This document shows positions 35,574 to 45,581 of a stretch of DNA of 52,078 bases, piece by piece. A program made the translations under genes and the position numbers. This DNA is from a virus (taxonomy: Duplodnaviria > Caudoviricetes): positions 1 to 52,078 of IMG/VR virus record IMGVR_UViG_3300021062_000003, one strand, 5' to 3'. Numbering within the stretch: the first letter of the stretch is position 1; each line of letters begins with the position of its first letter. Under the pieces are notes generated by a model. It searched no databases, was not told the DNA's origin, and saw only the letters and a program-made list of their open reading frames with translations.

Positions 35574-36397
35574 TCGCTGGTCAATGCCACGCCGTCAATG
35601 TGCGTGACGCCTTGGAACCCATGATACAGCCGCGGATCGACATGAGCCAGTCCGCTTTCGCTGTTTGGCAACATTTGCCCAACCGTTCGCGGCCCAAACC
35701 GCTTGTCGCGTGATATCAGGGCTCGCATTGTTTCTTGCATTGAAGCCCATTGCACGCCGGCCTGATTCTCAGCGTTGCGTTCGACCACGGCCCGGACGCA
35801 TTGCTTGATAAGCTGATCGAACTCCGGGCCGGCGAAATGGCGATCGTTCAGGTTCCAGCCCGTCGCCATATAGGCGCGGATGCGGATGATGACCGTATCA
35901 TCGTTGGACGGGGCCGGCCAGAACAACGCCTCGAACTTTCCATCTTCCAAGTGCCGGAACGCGGCCATCGTGGGAAGTCCGGTGCTGCTGGAGCCAACCG
36001 ACCGCGCGGCCGTAATCTTCTCATGCGGCACGACGCGGATGCGGCCGGCTTGGGTGCCCGGACCATACAGCCAGTCACCCCGATACTCGCCGGTGAAAAA
36101 CCACGGCATGCGATACCGCCAGTTTTCGCCGTTGACTGCCAAGGGACTCTCGCCGTCCTCATTGAATGTCAACGAGAAGTCTTGCTCCATGAACCGCCAC
36201 GTATGCTTGCCATCGGCGGTCAAGATGATCTGGAAGGCTTCCTCGACAATCTCGCGGGCCTGTGCCAGATCATCAGCGTTCTCCGGCAACCCGGCCGACT
36301 TTGAGCCGTCGCCATATACCTGCATGCCCATATGCTGAGCCGCAAGTATGACGAAGCTCTCGAACGTCGCGCCGTGATTGGGTGTCCGAATCGTCAT
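35570..36397 (-). CDS. head-tail adaptor / tubular protein A-like
   Basis: Position after the capsid genes; HTWRFM, GLPTMAAF...LFWPAPS pattern of adaptor proteins. Confidence 0.6.
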   Translation of the reverse strand: MTIRTPNHGATFESFVILAAQHMGMQVYGDGSKSAGLPENADDLAQAREIVEEAFQIILTADGKHTWRFMEQDFSLTFNEDGESPLAVNGENWRYRMPWFFTGEYRGDWLYGPGTQAGRIRVVPHEKITAARSVGSSSTGLPTMAAFRHLEDGKFEALFWPAPSNDDTVIIRIRAYMATGWNLNDRHFAGPEFDQLIKQCVRAVVERNAENQAGVQWASMQETMRALISRDKRFGPRTVGQMLPNSESGLAHVDPRLYHGFQGVTHIDGVALTSD

Positions 36398-36399
36398 TG

Positions 36400-36432
36400 A
36401 AAAAGGCCGTGGCCGCCTTGACAGCCACGGCC
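36400..36432 (-). terminator. intrinsic terminator after the capsid genes
   Basis: GGCCGTGGC/GCCACGGCC stem + TTTTT on minus. Confidence 0.75.
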
Positions 36433-36455
36433 CAATCATCAGGAGCTTGCCGATC

Positions 36456-37616
36456 TTACTTGGCCTGCCGGACGATGATCCGGTCAATGTTCATCGTCTT
36501 GGCGACGGCTTCGCCGTTCTGGACGCCGAACGTGATGGTCATTTCCTCATCGTCGCAGATGTTTGTCGTGTGCGTCAGGAGCAACGCGAGGTTCGAGAAG
36601 TTGACGTTGGCAGCCGTGGCGTTGGTGTAGCCATACGCCTTGACGGCGCCAGTGCCGTCGAAGAAGAACGCCAGGGCAAGGTACTGGCTCGCCACCGCGT
36701 CCAACGTGGTATCGGCGTCGGTCTGCGTGCCATCCTTGTCGGTGTTGAAATCAATGTTGGTGTCGCCGTCGTCCTTACGGAACGTGATGCCGTCCTGTGC
36801 GGCAAGCGGCGTCGTGTCGATGACGTTGAGGCCGGCGATCCAGTCGATCTGGTCGTCGTCGTTGACCTTGAAGCGAATGTAGAAGAACAGCGGCTTGCCC
36901 GCCGCACACTTCCACTTCTCGCCTCGATGCTGCATGAAGCAAGCGTCGTCGTCGGAAGCGGCGTTGGTAAGCAGAAGCTCGCCGCCGACCGCATCCGCGA
37001 TAACCTGCGTTGCGGCGCCGGTTTCCGTCGTGATCCACGCCTCGGCGATTTCGTTGGCATCGAACTCCATGAAGTCGTTGTCGTAGACTTGAATGCGCTG
37101 GGCGTATTCCTGCGGAGTGACGACGATGCTGCCGAACTCGCTCTTGACCGTGCCTTCGGTGCTGGAGCGGTCTTGGGTTTCGTCGGCCCGAGCCCACACC
37201 TTGCCGTCGAACACGGCGCCCTTGACAAAGGCGTAGCTTCCGGGCTGGATGCCGAGCAGATCGCCGATGGTGATTGACTCATCGCTCCAGAGCGGCACTT
37301 TGGCGGCGAAGGCCCAAAACGGGATGATCTTGATGGTCCGCGCTCCGGTCGCCTCAAGCTGAGTCTTGGCGTTGTTGGGAGCAACCACGCCGAGGAAGCG
37401 GTTGAGGTTCGCGAACGACGGCTTGGCCGCCGCGATGCCGGACTGATCCGCCGGACGTGTGACGCTGCCGCCGCCGACGCCGGTTCCCGTCACGGTGTCG
37501 TCAATCGTGTTGACATCGCGGCACAGGGCATAGCCGGCCTTGAGCGTGTCCGAGCCGGTGTAGTTCACATCGATCGTCTCGGAGATAAAAGCGCCGGGGG
37601 TGGTGTGCATTGACAT
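36456..37616 (-). CDS. capsid decoration/cement-like protein with extra beta domain
   Basis: Directly after the major capsid gene and before a terminator; NYTGSDTLKAGYALC N-term. Confidence 0.6.
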   Translation of the reverse strand: MSMHTTPGAFISETIDVNYTGSDTLKAGYALCRDVNTIDDTVTGTGVGGGSVTRPADQSGIAAAKPSFANLNRFLGVVAPNNAKTQLEATGARTIKIIPFWAFAAKVPLWSDESITIGDLLGIQPGSYAFVKGAVFDGKVWARADETQDRSSTEGTVKSEFGSIVVTPQEYAQRIQVYDNDFMEFDANEIAEAWITTETGAATQVIADAVGGELLLTNAASDDDACFMQHRGEKWKCAAGKPLFFYIRFKVNDDDQIDWIAGLNVIDTTPLAAQDGITFRKDDGDTNIDFNTDKDGTQTDADTTLDAVASQYLALAFFFDGTGAVKAYGYTNATAANVNFSNLALLLTHTTNICDDEEMTITFGVQNGEAVAKTMNIDRIIVRQAK

Positions 37617-37663
37617 TGCCTTGCTCCATCTGAGGCCCGCGGGCCATTGCGTTCGTTCAAGTC

Positions 37664-37679
37664 GTCCCCAATTGGGGAA
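37664..37679. repeat. palindrome copy 7 (one mismatch; intergenic after the major capsid gene)
   Basis: GTCCCCAATTGGGGAA. Confidence 0.93.
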
Positions 37680-37683
37680 ACGG

Positions 37684-38793
37684 TTACGAAATCGGCGTGT
37701 GAATGACGAATCCGAACTCGCGGGGATTCTCGCCCAGCAGGTTGAAATACTCGTCAACTTTCGTGACGACGGTGGTGTGCTGGCCGGGATCGGTCATCGG
37801 CTCGGATTCGATCAGGACACGGCCGCCCTTGCCCATCATCACGGTGGGCCGGAACTTCTTCTTGTTGATCCCGTAGATCGGGTCGTAGGTCGCCGTGTCG
37901 AGCTTCTTCACCCAGGTCATCGGGACTTGACGGAAGCGAATCTTGCCGCCTTGGGGGTCCAGGTCCGAACGGAACTCGTCATAGCGAGCCCGCATGTACC
38001 GCTCGATGGCCCGGAAGGGGGTGTTGCCCATGCACAATTCGTACTGGGCGTTGTCCTTACCGTTGAAATCCTTGGCCCCAGCGGTTCCGCCAGGAATCGT
38101 GATCGGCGCGAACGACTGGAGGCGGAAGCAATCGGCGAGGGTCTGGACGAACGCCTCGTTGATCGTGCCGTTGTACGTCGCGCACAAATTACGATACTTA
38201 TCGTAAGTTGACCCGTTTATGCCGGCTCGGGTCGTGCTGGTCGTGCCGTCGCCGTAGCGGACGGTGTAACCTTGGAAGTCCGGGTCGGCGTCATCGAATC
38301 CGACCGGACCCATGCAAATCCAGTACGGGAAGCCGAGGGGGCCGTAAGGATCGTCGGCGTAGTCGGGCGTGTCCCAACCCTTCGACTCCTTTTCGTCCAT
38401 CATTTCCTCGTAGCACTTGATGCGGCGGGCATCCAGTTCGTCGGCCATGACCTGTCCAGGGTCGGCGCCCTGCATGGTCATCGCCTCGAACACGTCCATG
38501 CCCCACGAATTGCTCAGATGCACCCAGCCGATTCGCTGGGGCTTCATCAGTTGCTTCACGTTGGTCGTGGAACGCTGGAAGGGCAGACGCCACTCGACGT
38601 TGCCGTTGCCTTCCAGAACGATCATGCGCTCGATCGATGGGCCGGAGCCCTTCTTGCGGAGCTTGCTGTTGAAGAACATATCACAGAACACATGGTTCTG
38701 GAGGTTCCGTACAACTTCAAACTCTCGCGTTGGAGAGTCGGGCCGGACAGCGTTGATGATTCCGGTCAGATCACTGATTTCGATTCCGTTCAT
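37684..38793 (-). CDS. major capsid protein
   Basis: 369 aa after the scaffold, AAGGAG RBS; GSGPSIER, PLGFPYWI, RAGINGSTYDKYRN, IYGIN patterns. Confidence 0.75.
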   Translation of the reverse strand: MNGIEISDLTGIINAVRPDSPTREFEVVRNLQNHVFCDMFFNSKLRKKGSGPSIERMIVLEGNGNVEWRLPFQRSTTNVKQLMKPQRIGWVHLSNSWGMDVFEAMTMQGADPGQVMADELDARRIKCYEEMMDEKESKGWDTPDYADDPYGPLGFPYWICMGPVGFDDADPDFQGYTVRYGDGTTSTTRAGINGSTYDKYRNLCATYNGTINEAFVQTLADCFRLQSFAPITIPGGTAGAKDFNGKDNAQYELCMGNTPFRAIERYMRARYDEFRSDLDPQGGKIRFRQVPMTWVKKLDTATYDPIYGINKKKFRPTVMMGKGGRVLIESEPMTDPGQHTTVVTKVDEYFNLLGENPREFGFVIHTPIS

Positions 38794-38853
38794 AGCCCCG
38801 GCTCCTTCGCATCCATGCTTGGGATTGGTTGTTGTGCTTGCCTGTCACGAACC

Positions 38854-39939
38854 TTACTGTCCGATGATTCCCTTTTTTGCGAGAATCTTGTTGATCTTCA
38901 CAGCAGCGGCCGAGTTTGGCTCTCCGCTTTCCGGCTGCGGGATTGGACCGGCTCCGCTTCCCGGCCGGTTGCTCCTGAGCTTCGCGGCGGCGGCGGCCTT
39001 TTCGGCGGCGGCCTTTTCGGATTGCTTGCTCACGAAGTCCTTGTTCTTGATTTTGTGGGCGGCCTCGATCGCCTGCTGGACCGTGATCGGCTTTCCGCTT
39101 TGTGCCGCGCCTTTCAGCATGGCATTGGCGAACGAAGCGACATTCTTGCGTGCTTCAAGCTGGCCCTTGGACAATCCATGTCGCGGGCCTTTGCCGAACA
39201 CTTCATCGGCTCCGATGCCGTCAATGATCCCATCCACCATCTGATCGGCGAGATACTGGGTGAGGCTTTGAACTTGCTCCATCGCCTGACGGTGCTGATC
39301 GGCCATCGCCTTGATCTGAGTCGCCATCTGCCGCATCGGCTTGACGACGGGCTCGGACAACTCAGGGAAGTCTTTTTCAAGCTGAGCGATCTTGGCGTTG
39401 TCGATGCCAAAGTCGCTGAGATCGGGCTGATTCGCGTTGGCAGCCTGTTGGGCCGCAGTAGCCGCTTGAGCGTCCGCCTGTGCCTTTTGTGCGGCGGCGG
39501 CTGGATCGGGAGCCCCTTCATCCTTCGCGCCAGCGGCGGCCAGTTGCTCGAGCGCCGCAAGATCGGGCTCGGTCGAGGCGGCCGACTTTGCCATCAGTTT
39601 GTCGAGAAGCGACTTGGGCAGCTTCGCAATCTCGGCCACGTCAACGCCCGTCTCTTTCGCCAGATCGGCGTACTGAGCATTGTCGTCCGGCTTGGTGGCG
39701 GCATCGACGACCGGAGCGGCTTCGTCCGCTTTGTCCCCAATTGGGGACGCGGGAGCTTCTGTTTTCTTCTTGAAGATGTCATTGATGCGTGAAGCTGATC
39801 CGGCGTTGGGATCAGCGGGGAGCGCAGAAGAACCGCCACCGACGGGGTTATCGACGGTGGCGGTGTTCGTTTCGGCGGCATTTCCACCCGTCGCCGATCC
39901 ACCCAAGCCTGTGCTTGCACCAGCCTGTAACTGCGTCAT
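38854..39939 (-). CDS. capsid scaffolding protein
   Basis: Ala/acidic low-complexity helical protein between portal and major capsid. Confidence 0.65.
   Translation of the reverse strand: MTQLQAGASTGLGGSATGGNAAETNTATVDNPVGGGSSALPADPNAGSASRINDIFKKKTEAPASPIGDKADEAAPVVDAATKPDDNAQYADLAKETGVDVAEIAKLPKSLLDKLMAKSAASTEPDLAALEQLAAAGAKDEGAPDPAAAAQKAQADAQAATAAQQAANANQPDLSDFGIDNAKIAQLEKDFPELSEPVVKPMRQMATQIKAMADQHRQAMEQVQSLTQYLADQMVDGIIDGIGADEVFGKGPRHGLSKGQLEARKNVASFANAMLKGAAQSGKPITVQQAIEAAHKIKNKDFVSKQSEKAAAEKAAAAAKLRSNRPGSGAGPIPQPESGEPNSAAAVKINKILAKKGIIGQ
39733..39748. repeat. palindrome copy 8 (in CDS, SPIGD)
   Basis: Perfect match. Confidence 0.98.
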
Positions 39940-40008
39940 CCGTGACTCCTTCCAACGCATCCTTGCGTTGAGCAATCGCCGCTACCCTACATCTTGTGGG
40001 TCATGCGG

Positions 40009-40320
40009 TCAAGGGGCATCCCCGAAGATTTTTTTCACCCGCTTCAATTCCGATGGACTGCCCACCAGCAGCCGATCCTTGGAATCGAACCGGAAACCAA
40101 AGTCGCGCTCTTGCTGCTTTCGCACGGCGGGGCAAGGGGCTCCATAGCTTTCCAGGGCCAGTTCGCTCTTGAAGCAACCGATGTCCAGGCCCGGTTGCGG
40201 CACACGGTTCAGGTCAGGCATTTTGCACTCGGGACAGTCCACCAGGGCGGGGTCGGTCATCCGCTGCATTTCTTCCATGCGATGTCCGCAGGAGCCACAT
40301 TCGTATTCGTAAGTCGGCAT
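40009..40320 (-). CDS. FmdB-family zinc-ribbon protein
   Basis: MPTYEYECGSCGH...CPEC. Confidence 0.85.
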   Translation of the reverse strand: MPTYEYECGSCGHRMEEMQRMTDPALVDCPECKMPDLNRVPQPGLDIGCFKSELALESYGAPCPAVRKQQERDFGFRFDSKDRLLVGSPSELKRVKKIFGDAP

Positions 40321-40323
40321 GTT

Positions 40324-40521
40324 CTACCTCGCCAGCTTCAATATGGGTCCACAGTTTTCTTTGAGAGCAACACCGTTCAACTGAGCAACGGCCGCCGCTT
40401 TTCGGCGTGACAGTTCGATGCGAGTTCTCTCATTCTCTGCCAGGGCGTCGTCCAACTCTCGAATCTCAGACCGAAGCTGATCGACCAACTCGACATCGCT
40501 TGTTGATTCTGAGATTTTCAT
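40324..40521 (-). CDS. small coiled-coil protein
   Basis: ORF with GAGGA upstream. Confidence 0.55.
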   Translation of the reverse strand: MKISESTSDVELVDQLRSEIRELDDALAENERTRIELSRRKAAAVAQLNGVALKENCGPILKLAR

Positions 40522-40689
40522 TCAAAGTCCTCTGGCGGCTTCTCGCCACGCTTCCACCAATCGTCGGCCTCATCTTCCTCGCAGCGATGCGGCGCGTCGG
40601 TTTCTGGTGTCCACTCTGCGGGCTCGCCGCCATTTTTCCACCAGTCGCCCCGGGGCCAGGATCGTCGCCACTTCCAAAGACGCTCATGT

Positions 40690-42519
40690 TCAATACCTCT
40701 GTCGGCCAGCCTGCGATGCTCCCAACGTCGAGCCCGACATGGCCTGTGAAGAATACTTTCCGTTGGCGACCGTCGAGCTATCACGTCGCCCGCCCGCCAT
40801 CTGCGGAGCGGCGTTGGTGCTACGGTCCATCGACCGCATCGTTTGAGCCTTGCCGCCACCGCCACCAGAGAACGCTTGGGCCATTTCCTGCTGCTGTTGC
40901 TGCATCATTACCTGCCGATGCTCCATCATCCTGCGGGCGATGGTTTCTTGGTCACGGAACACGTCGGCGATTTCCGCGTCAAGCTCGATCTGCTGGGCCA
41001 TGTTGCGAATGAGCCGTTGGGCGCTGATGGCAAACTCGCTGATCTGCTCGGCCTGATAGCTAGCCGGGATGCCCTCGACCAAGAACTGCATCAGGCGGCC
41101 GAACTTCGTTTGCTCATCGGTGTATGGCTCTTGCCACGCCTTCACCTTGAACTGATAGTCGTAGAAGCTGCCTTGCCGAACTTGAGGGTTGTAATAAACC
41201 TCCATCGGCTCGCCCAACTGGTCCTCGATCGTCAGCGTTTCGTCAATGATCGGATCATGGTGCAGGTAGTATCCGCAATCCTCGGCGATCTCGGCACAGA
41301 ACTGATTGACCGCTCCACGGTGGGCGCTCAACCGTTGCTGAATGTTGCCCATGAGAATCTGAGACTGGCCGAGCGTCTTGGCGCCAGGCCCATTGCCGGC
41401 CGTCAGATCGATGTTGCCGGCCTGCTGGCTGAAAAGCTGCTGCATGAACGCCGATTCTTGGAACATGCTTTGCGAAGGGCCTTTGTACTCGATGGCCGCC
41501 ACGCTTGTCGGATTTTCCATCTTGACGATCGCGCCGTCCTTGGCGTCTTGGACAACCACCGCATCATCGTCGGCGCCCGGCTCGTACCCATACAGCGTCT
41601 TGGCCCGAGCAGTCTGCGACATGAACTTGCGGAAGTGCATGTTGATCGCTTCGTGCAAGTCGTGAATCACGCTCAATGGCGGCACGGGATACACATTGTT
41701 CGGCAGCGGGTTGAGCGAGAGGAACCGATACGGGCCATGCTTCGGGCCGCCCCAATCTTTTGTTGCGACAACCTCGAACCTGCTGGGGCTGTATCCCATT
41801 GTGACGATGACCTGATCGCGGGGAATGAAGCAATCAACCAGCGTGATGTAATCGGAGAACCGGCTTTCCTCGGAGTCAACGTCGGGATTGCCGATGCGGG
41901 TGACGTTCAATCGGTCGTCGCCCTCTCGGCCCGATGCCAGTTTGGTCAACTTGTCTTTGTCTGCCCCCTCGATCCCATAGGCATCGTCCAGGGGCATCCC
42001 ATACTTGTTGGCCGCCCAGGTCCACTTCTTCAATCCGCGAGCGTTGGGGTCGCACGCGAAGTCGTCCAGGTCGATGCGGTCGATGAAGATGCCGGCCGGC
42101 GACGGGAATCCCTGATAGTGCGGCGCGTTGTCGCTGTTGGTTGATCCGATTTTGACGATCGATAGTCCCGCTAGGGCGTCGGCCACGCACATCTTGTTGG
42201 TGTCGGGAAAGCAGTTGGCCCACCAGACCCGTTCGACTGTTCGGCCGTACACACGGGCGTCGGCGGCAAGGCCGGTGACCGTGGAAGTCATATTCAGCCG
42301 CGGCATGCCGCTCACCAGATTCGCCGAGAGCGTGTAGAACGTCGTGTTCATCAGGTTCAAGGGAATGGCGAGCCCCTTGTCATCTTTGAAGTACATCGAT
42401 CCAGCGACTTGCCGCAACAGCTTCTCGCGCATGGATCGGCGTTCATCCCAATGCTCGAAGCCGTTGTTGATGACCCGGCTCAGACGATCCTTGTTGACTT
42501 CAAGTGAGTATTTCGCCAT
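40690..42519 (-). CDS. portal protein
   Basis: 609 aa directly after TerL; IDRIDLDDFACDPNA, HGPYRFL, IHDLHEAIN, GAKTLGQSQIL, Gln-rich C-term. Confidence 0.8.
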   Translation of the reverse strand: MAKYSLEVNKDRLSRVINNGFEHWDERRSMREKLLRQVAGSMYFKDDKGLAIPLNLMNTTFYTLSANLVSGMPRLNMTSTVTGLAADARVYGRTVERVWWANCFPDTNKMCVADALAGLSIVKIGSTNSDNAPHYQGFPSPAGIFIDRIDLDDFACDPNARGLKKWTWAANKYGMPLDDAYGIEGADKDKLTKLASGREGDDRLNVTRIGNPDVDSEESRFSDYITLVDCFIPRDQVIVTMGYSPSRFEVVATKDWGGPKHGPYRFLSLNPLPNNVYPVPPLSVIHDLHEAINMHFRKFMSQTARAKTLYGYEPGADDDAVVVQDAKDGAIVKMENPTSVAAIEYKGPSQSMFQESAFMQQLFSQQAGNIDLTAGNGPGAKTLGQSQILMGNIQQRLSAHRGAVNQFCAEIAEDCGYYLHHDPIIDETLTIEDQLGEPMEVYYNPQVRQGSFYDYQFKVKAWQEPYTDEQTKFGRLMQFLVEGIPASYQAEQISEFAISAQRLIRNMAQQIELDAEIADVFRDQETIARRMMEHRQVMMQQQQQEMAQAFSGGGGGKAQTMRSMDRSTNAAPQMAGGRRDSSTVANGKYSSQAMSGSTLGASQAGRQRY

Positions 42520-42553
42520 CGTCGCATCCTTGCGTTCGCGGGCATGATATCAG

Positions 42554-44458
42554 TCAGCCTGTCCAGCGGGAAAGGTTTTCTTCTTTCTCACCGGGAATCT
42601 CAACCTTGATCCGCTTGCCCTCATCGTTCAATTCGTACATTTCCTTCGGAGGCCGGTAAACCTGGGCTTTCCGCATGGCTTCCCACAGAATGCCGACCGA
42701 CACCACCCGGTCGCCGTGATTCTTGCGGGCTCGCTCGGGAATCTCGACAAGGCCGGCCGGTCCAACCGATCCATCCTCGAAGTTCATGTAATCCTCTTGC
42801 TCGCGAAGCGTGTATTCGTCGGGGATGACAAACTCATCGGCGGCCTGTGCTTGGCGAAGTTGCTCCAGCAGCGTCAAGATCGACGTGGGATTGTTCCACC
42901 ATCCGAGCTTCTTTGATTTCTGCTCTGATCGCTGATCCTTGGCGACACGCTTATAGACATACGGCCAGTGGTACTTCATCACGATGCGGCCGAACACTTC
43001 GCCGTAGCCGTTGGCCTCCCACGCCAGGAACGCCGGCTTCTCATGCCCGCCAAACCAGATCGCGGCCTTGACCATTTCGCGGGCCAAGTCTTCCGGCAGG
43101 ATGTGCGATGACACGAAGTTCGCCACCAGCCGCTTATGCTCTTGACTGCCGACTTGGATGGCGCTGTTGGCGGCGCCGACGCCCATGCCGATGTCGGCGC
43201 CCATGACGTACTGATCGTCCTGCGGCGGCCTTCGCGTGAGCGGGAACCAAAGTTGCCATTTTCCATTCTCCAGCGGGACAAATTGAATGAACTTTGGAGT
43301 GCGTTTCTTGAACGTGATCCCCGTCTTGCCACTGTCGATGACCAGTTCGCCACGGATGCACGGATCGCATTGGAACTTGGCCCGGTGCTGAGCGATCATC
43401 ACAGACGGAAAGAACAAGTCGCCGGCCGAAGAGTGATCCATGTCGTAGTTGACGGCCACATACTTCGGGTCATGCGCCCAAATCTTGCACTGTTCGTCAT
43501 ACCAAGGGCTGTGCCACTTGCCATCTTCTCCGATGAAACGTCCGATCGCTTTCTCGGGGTGCCGCGACCAGTGCAGCGGAATCAATGTGGTCGCCGGGTT
43601 GTTGCGGATTCGCGTGAAAGCGATGCCGGTTTTGTCCGGCGTCGAGACGTGGAACTGGACCACAACCGTCTCGCCCATGTTGCGGCTGATGGCCTCCAGG
43701 TTCGGAATCTTCGCCGCCTCGTCGATCAGGCACGCCGCGGCACGCTGCGACTGGCCGGAGAACTGCGACGTTGTTTCGCCGGTGAACGTGTTGTTGTTGT
43801 TGAGGTTCGCCAGCCGGTTCTCGGCCCGGTTGATTTCCGGCCTCATCCAGCTTGGCAGGAAAGATATCATGTAATCGACTTTGCCGAACAGCGAGTCAAC
43901 TACGTAGCGGGTGTCAACCAACTCCTCTTTGCGCGAGAGCAAGATGAAGTTGCGGCCCTTGATGAACCGCCATTGGTGAAGCATGTACGCCAGCACCAAC
44001 CACGATGCCCCCATTTCGCGGCTCTTGTCGATGACACAGTTGCCGCCCTTGCCCTTTTCGCCAGCCTTGTAGGGCAGGTGGATCGCCATTTCGTCGATCG
44101 CATCCATCTGGCATTGCCAGAGGATGTAAGGCACGTCGATTGCCTCTTCGTCGGCGAGGACCGTGAAGCCTGATTCATCTTGCTCTCGCTGTCTTTTCGT
44201 CCATCCGAACAAGTTGATGAACAGTTGTGGCGACTCCCGGCATGCCAACAGCAACTCACGCTGGAACCCTTCATCCTGCTCGGCGTCGGCAAGGATGCGG
44301 GCTCGCTGGATTCGGACGGGGCATTTGGACGGGTCGCGGTTATTGACGGCCGTTCGGATTGCTATTCCCGTCGCCGGGCAACGCCACGGGTCGGGGAGCA
44401 AGACCGGGGATTTCGCCCATTTGCTCCACTCGATTTCGCGTTTGTTCACTGAGGACAT
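42554..44458 (-). CDS. terL: terminase large subunit
   Basis: KSREMGASW (Walker A type), CLIDEAA (Walker B), VSTP, GADIGMG and HGDRV nuclease motifs. Confidence 0.92.
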   Translation of the reverse strand: MSSVNKREIEWSKWAKSPVLLPDPWRCPATGIAIRTAVNNRDPSKCPVRIQRARILADAEQDEGFQRELLLACRESPQLFINLFGWTKRQREQDESGFTVLADEEAIDVPYILWQCQMDAIDEMAIHLPYKAGEKGKGGNCVIDKSREMGASWLVLAYMLHQWRFIKGRNFILLSRKEELVDTRYVVDSLFGKVDYMISFLPSWMRPEINRAENRLANLNNNNTFTGETTSQFSGQSQRAAACLIDEAAKIPNLEAISRNMGETVVVQFHVSTPDKTGIAFTRIRNNPATTLIPLHWSRHPEKAIGRFIGEDGKWHSPWYDEQCKIWAHDPKYVAVNYDMDHSSAGDLFFPSVMIAQHRAKFQCDPCIRGELVIDSGKTGITFKKRTPKFIQFVPLENGKWQLWFPLTRRPPQDDQYVMGADIGMGVGAANSAIQVGSQEHKRLVANFVSSHILPEDLAREMVKAAIWFGGHEKPAFLAWEANGYGEVFGRIVMKYHWPYVYKRVAKDQRSEQKSKKLGWWNNPTSILTLLEQLRQAQAADEFVIPDEYTLREQEDYMNFEDGSVGPAGLVEIPERARKNHGDRVVSVGILWEAMRKAQVYRPPKEMYELNDEGKRIKVEIPGEKEENLSRWTG

Positions 44459-44852
44459 CGCTCACCTTGTCTTGCGAAGCGCCGACGATGTGTTCCTGTC
44501 GCGGCTTGCCGAGGATGCGGTCCATGACGACTTGGCTGGCCTCCATGCGAATGTCGAGCGGAACAAGCTCCTCACGCATGACGGCAACCATCAGCGACAA
44601 GGCATACTCGGCATCATCGCCGTAGACAGTCTGGACCGACTTCTTGAAACGGACCACTTCACCCTTGGAGTCGCGGCGGCATTTCTTGAGCCGCTGCTGG
44701 CTGATGACGATTGAATCCTCGAACGTCTGGCAGCCGTTGAGTATCGGCGATCGGTCTTTTCCGCGAAGCGTGAACGCTTCCGGGCCGCCTTCATCTTCGT
44801 CCCCAATTGGGGACGCGAGATCGTCATTGTATCCATCATCTTCGGCGGTCAT
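44340..44852 (-). CDS. probable terminase small subunit
   Basis: Immediately upstream of TerL; RMEASQVVMDRILGKPRQ motif. Confidence 0.6.
   Translation of the reverse strand: MTAEDDGYNDDLASPIGDEDEGGPEAFTLRGKDRSPILNGCQTFEDSIVISQQRLKKCRRDSKGEVVRFKKSVQTVYGDDAEYALSLMVAVMREELVPLDIRMEASQVVMDRILGKPRQEHIVGASQDKVSDVLSEQTRNRVEQMGEIPGLAPRPVALPGDGNSNPNGRQ
44799..44814. repeat. palindrome copy 9 (in CDS, SPIGD)
   Basis: Perfect match in the acidic N-terminus. Confidence 0.98.
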
Positions 44853-44855
44853 GGC

Positions 44856-45518
44856 TCAGATCATCGCGTACAGGAAGTTCCAGGCGGTCAAGGTGTTCTT
44901 GGCCCCTTCGATTTCAATGTGCTGGGCGCCGCCGATGTCGAAGTAGCAGTACGCAGCGGCGTCGTCGGCCGCGGTCGGATGCTCGGTCGTTCCGAAGCCT
45001 GTGGTGTTCAGGCCGCGGTACACTTCACTGGAAAATGTGTCGCAATAACGCCAAAGCTCGCTGATCCGACCGCCGGACACTCCGGTTTTGGCGCAGGTCA
45101 CGGCTGAGAAGTGAACGATCGCGTCGGCCGTCCACTGGAGAATGTCGTTGCGATTCTTGGCGTCGGTGAAAATCTCACGCCATGCCCAAACCGCCATCGG
45201 GATGCTCACGCCATCGCCGCCCAGACCAATCGGCTTGAGCAACAGCCAGTTTGCCCCATTGACTTCCAGCACGATCCGGCCAGTGGTCGGGTCCGTAAAG
45301 TCCATCGGGCTCTTGATGGACGCGGTTGCTATCACGTCGGCCTTGTTGGCGGCAGTCGTGACGGACGATCCGGCGTTGGTCATGCCGTGGGCGGCATCGA
45401 CGGTGGCCCGGTTGGGGTATCCCAGCTGCCAGGACGGCTGAATTGTCGCCGGCCAGTGCGGAGGAAGGCTTGGAGACACGCTTTGGTGCAGCGGATAGGT
45501 TATAGTATTGCGTGGCAT
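44856..45518 (-). CDS. hypothetical protein
   Basis: GGAGG RBS; collinear with the packaging genes. Confidence 0.65.
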   Translation of the reverse strand: MPRNTITYPLHQSVSPSLPPHWPATIQPSWQLGYPNRATVDAAHGMTNAGSSVTTAANKADVIATASIKSPMDFTDPTTGRIVLEVNGANWLLLKPIGLGGDGVSIPMAVWAWREIFTDAKNRNDILQWTADAIVHFSAVTCAKTGVSGGRISELWRYCDTFSSEVYRGLNTTGFGTTEHPTAADDAAAYCYFDIGGAQHIEIEGAKNTLTAWNFLYAMI

Positions 45519-45581
45519 CGAAAGGATTCCTCCATGAATCACAAGCAACAGCGGCGCGAAGAGCGCCAGAAAGGCTCATCC

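Noticed and set aside
38272-39792. Long + strand ORFs opposite the structural genes (also 40843..42144, 43136..44173)
   Set aside because: Antisense shadows expected in GC-rich coding DNA; no motifs
40466-40865. Small gene after the portal (frame with repeated DWWK vs frame starting MSVFG)
   Set aside because: The frame with a coupled stop lacks a good start and the frame with an RBS looks unprotein-like; cannot choose or support a frameshift
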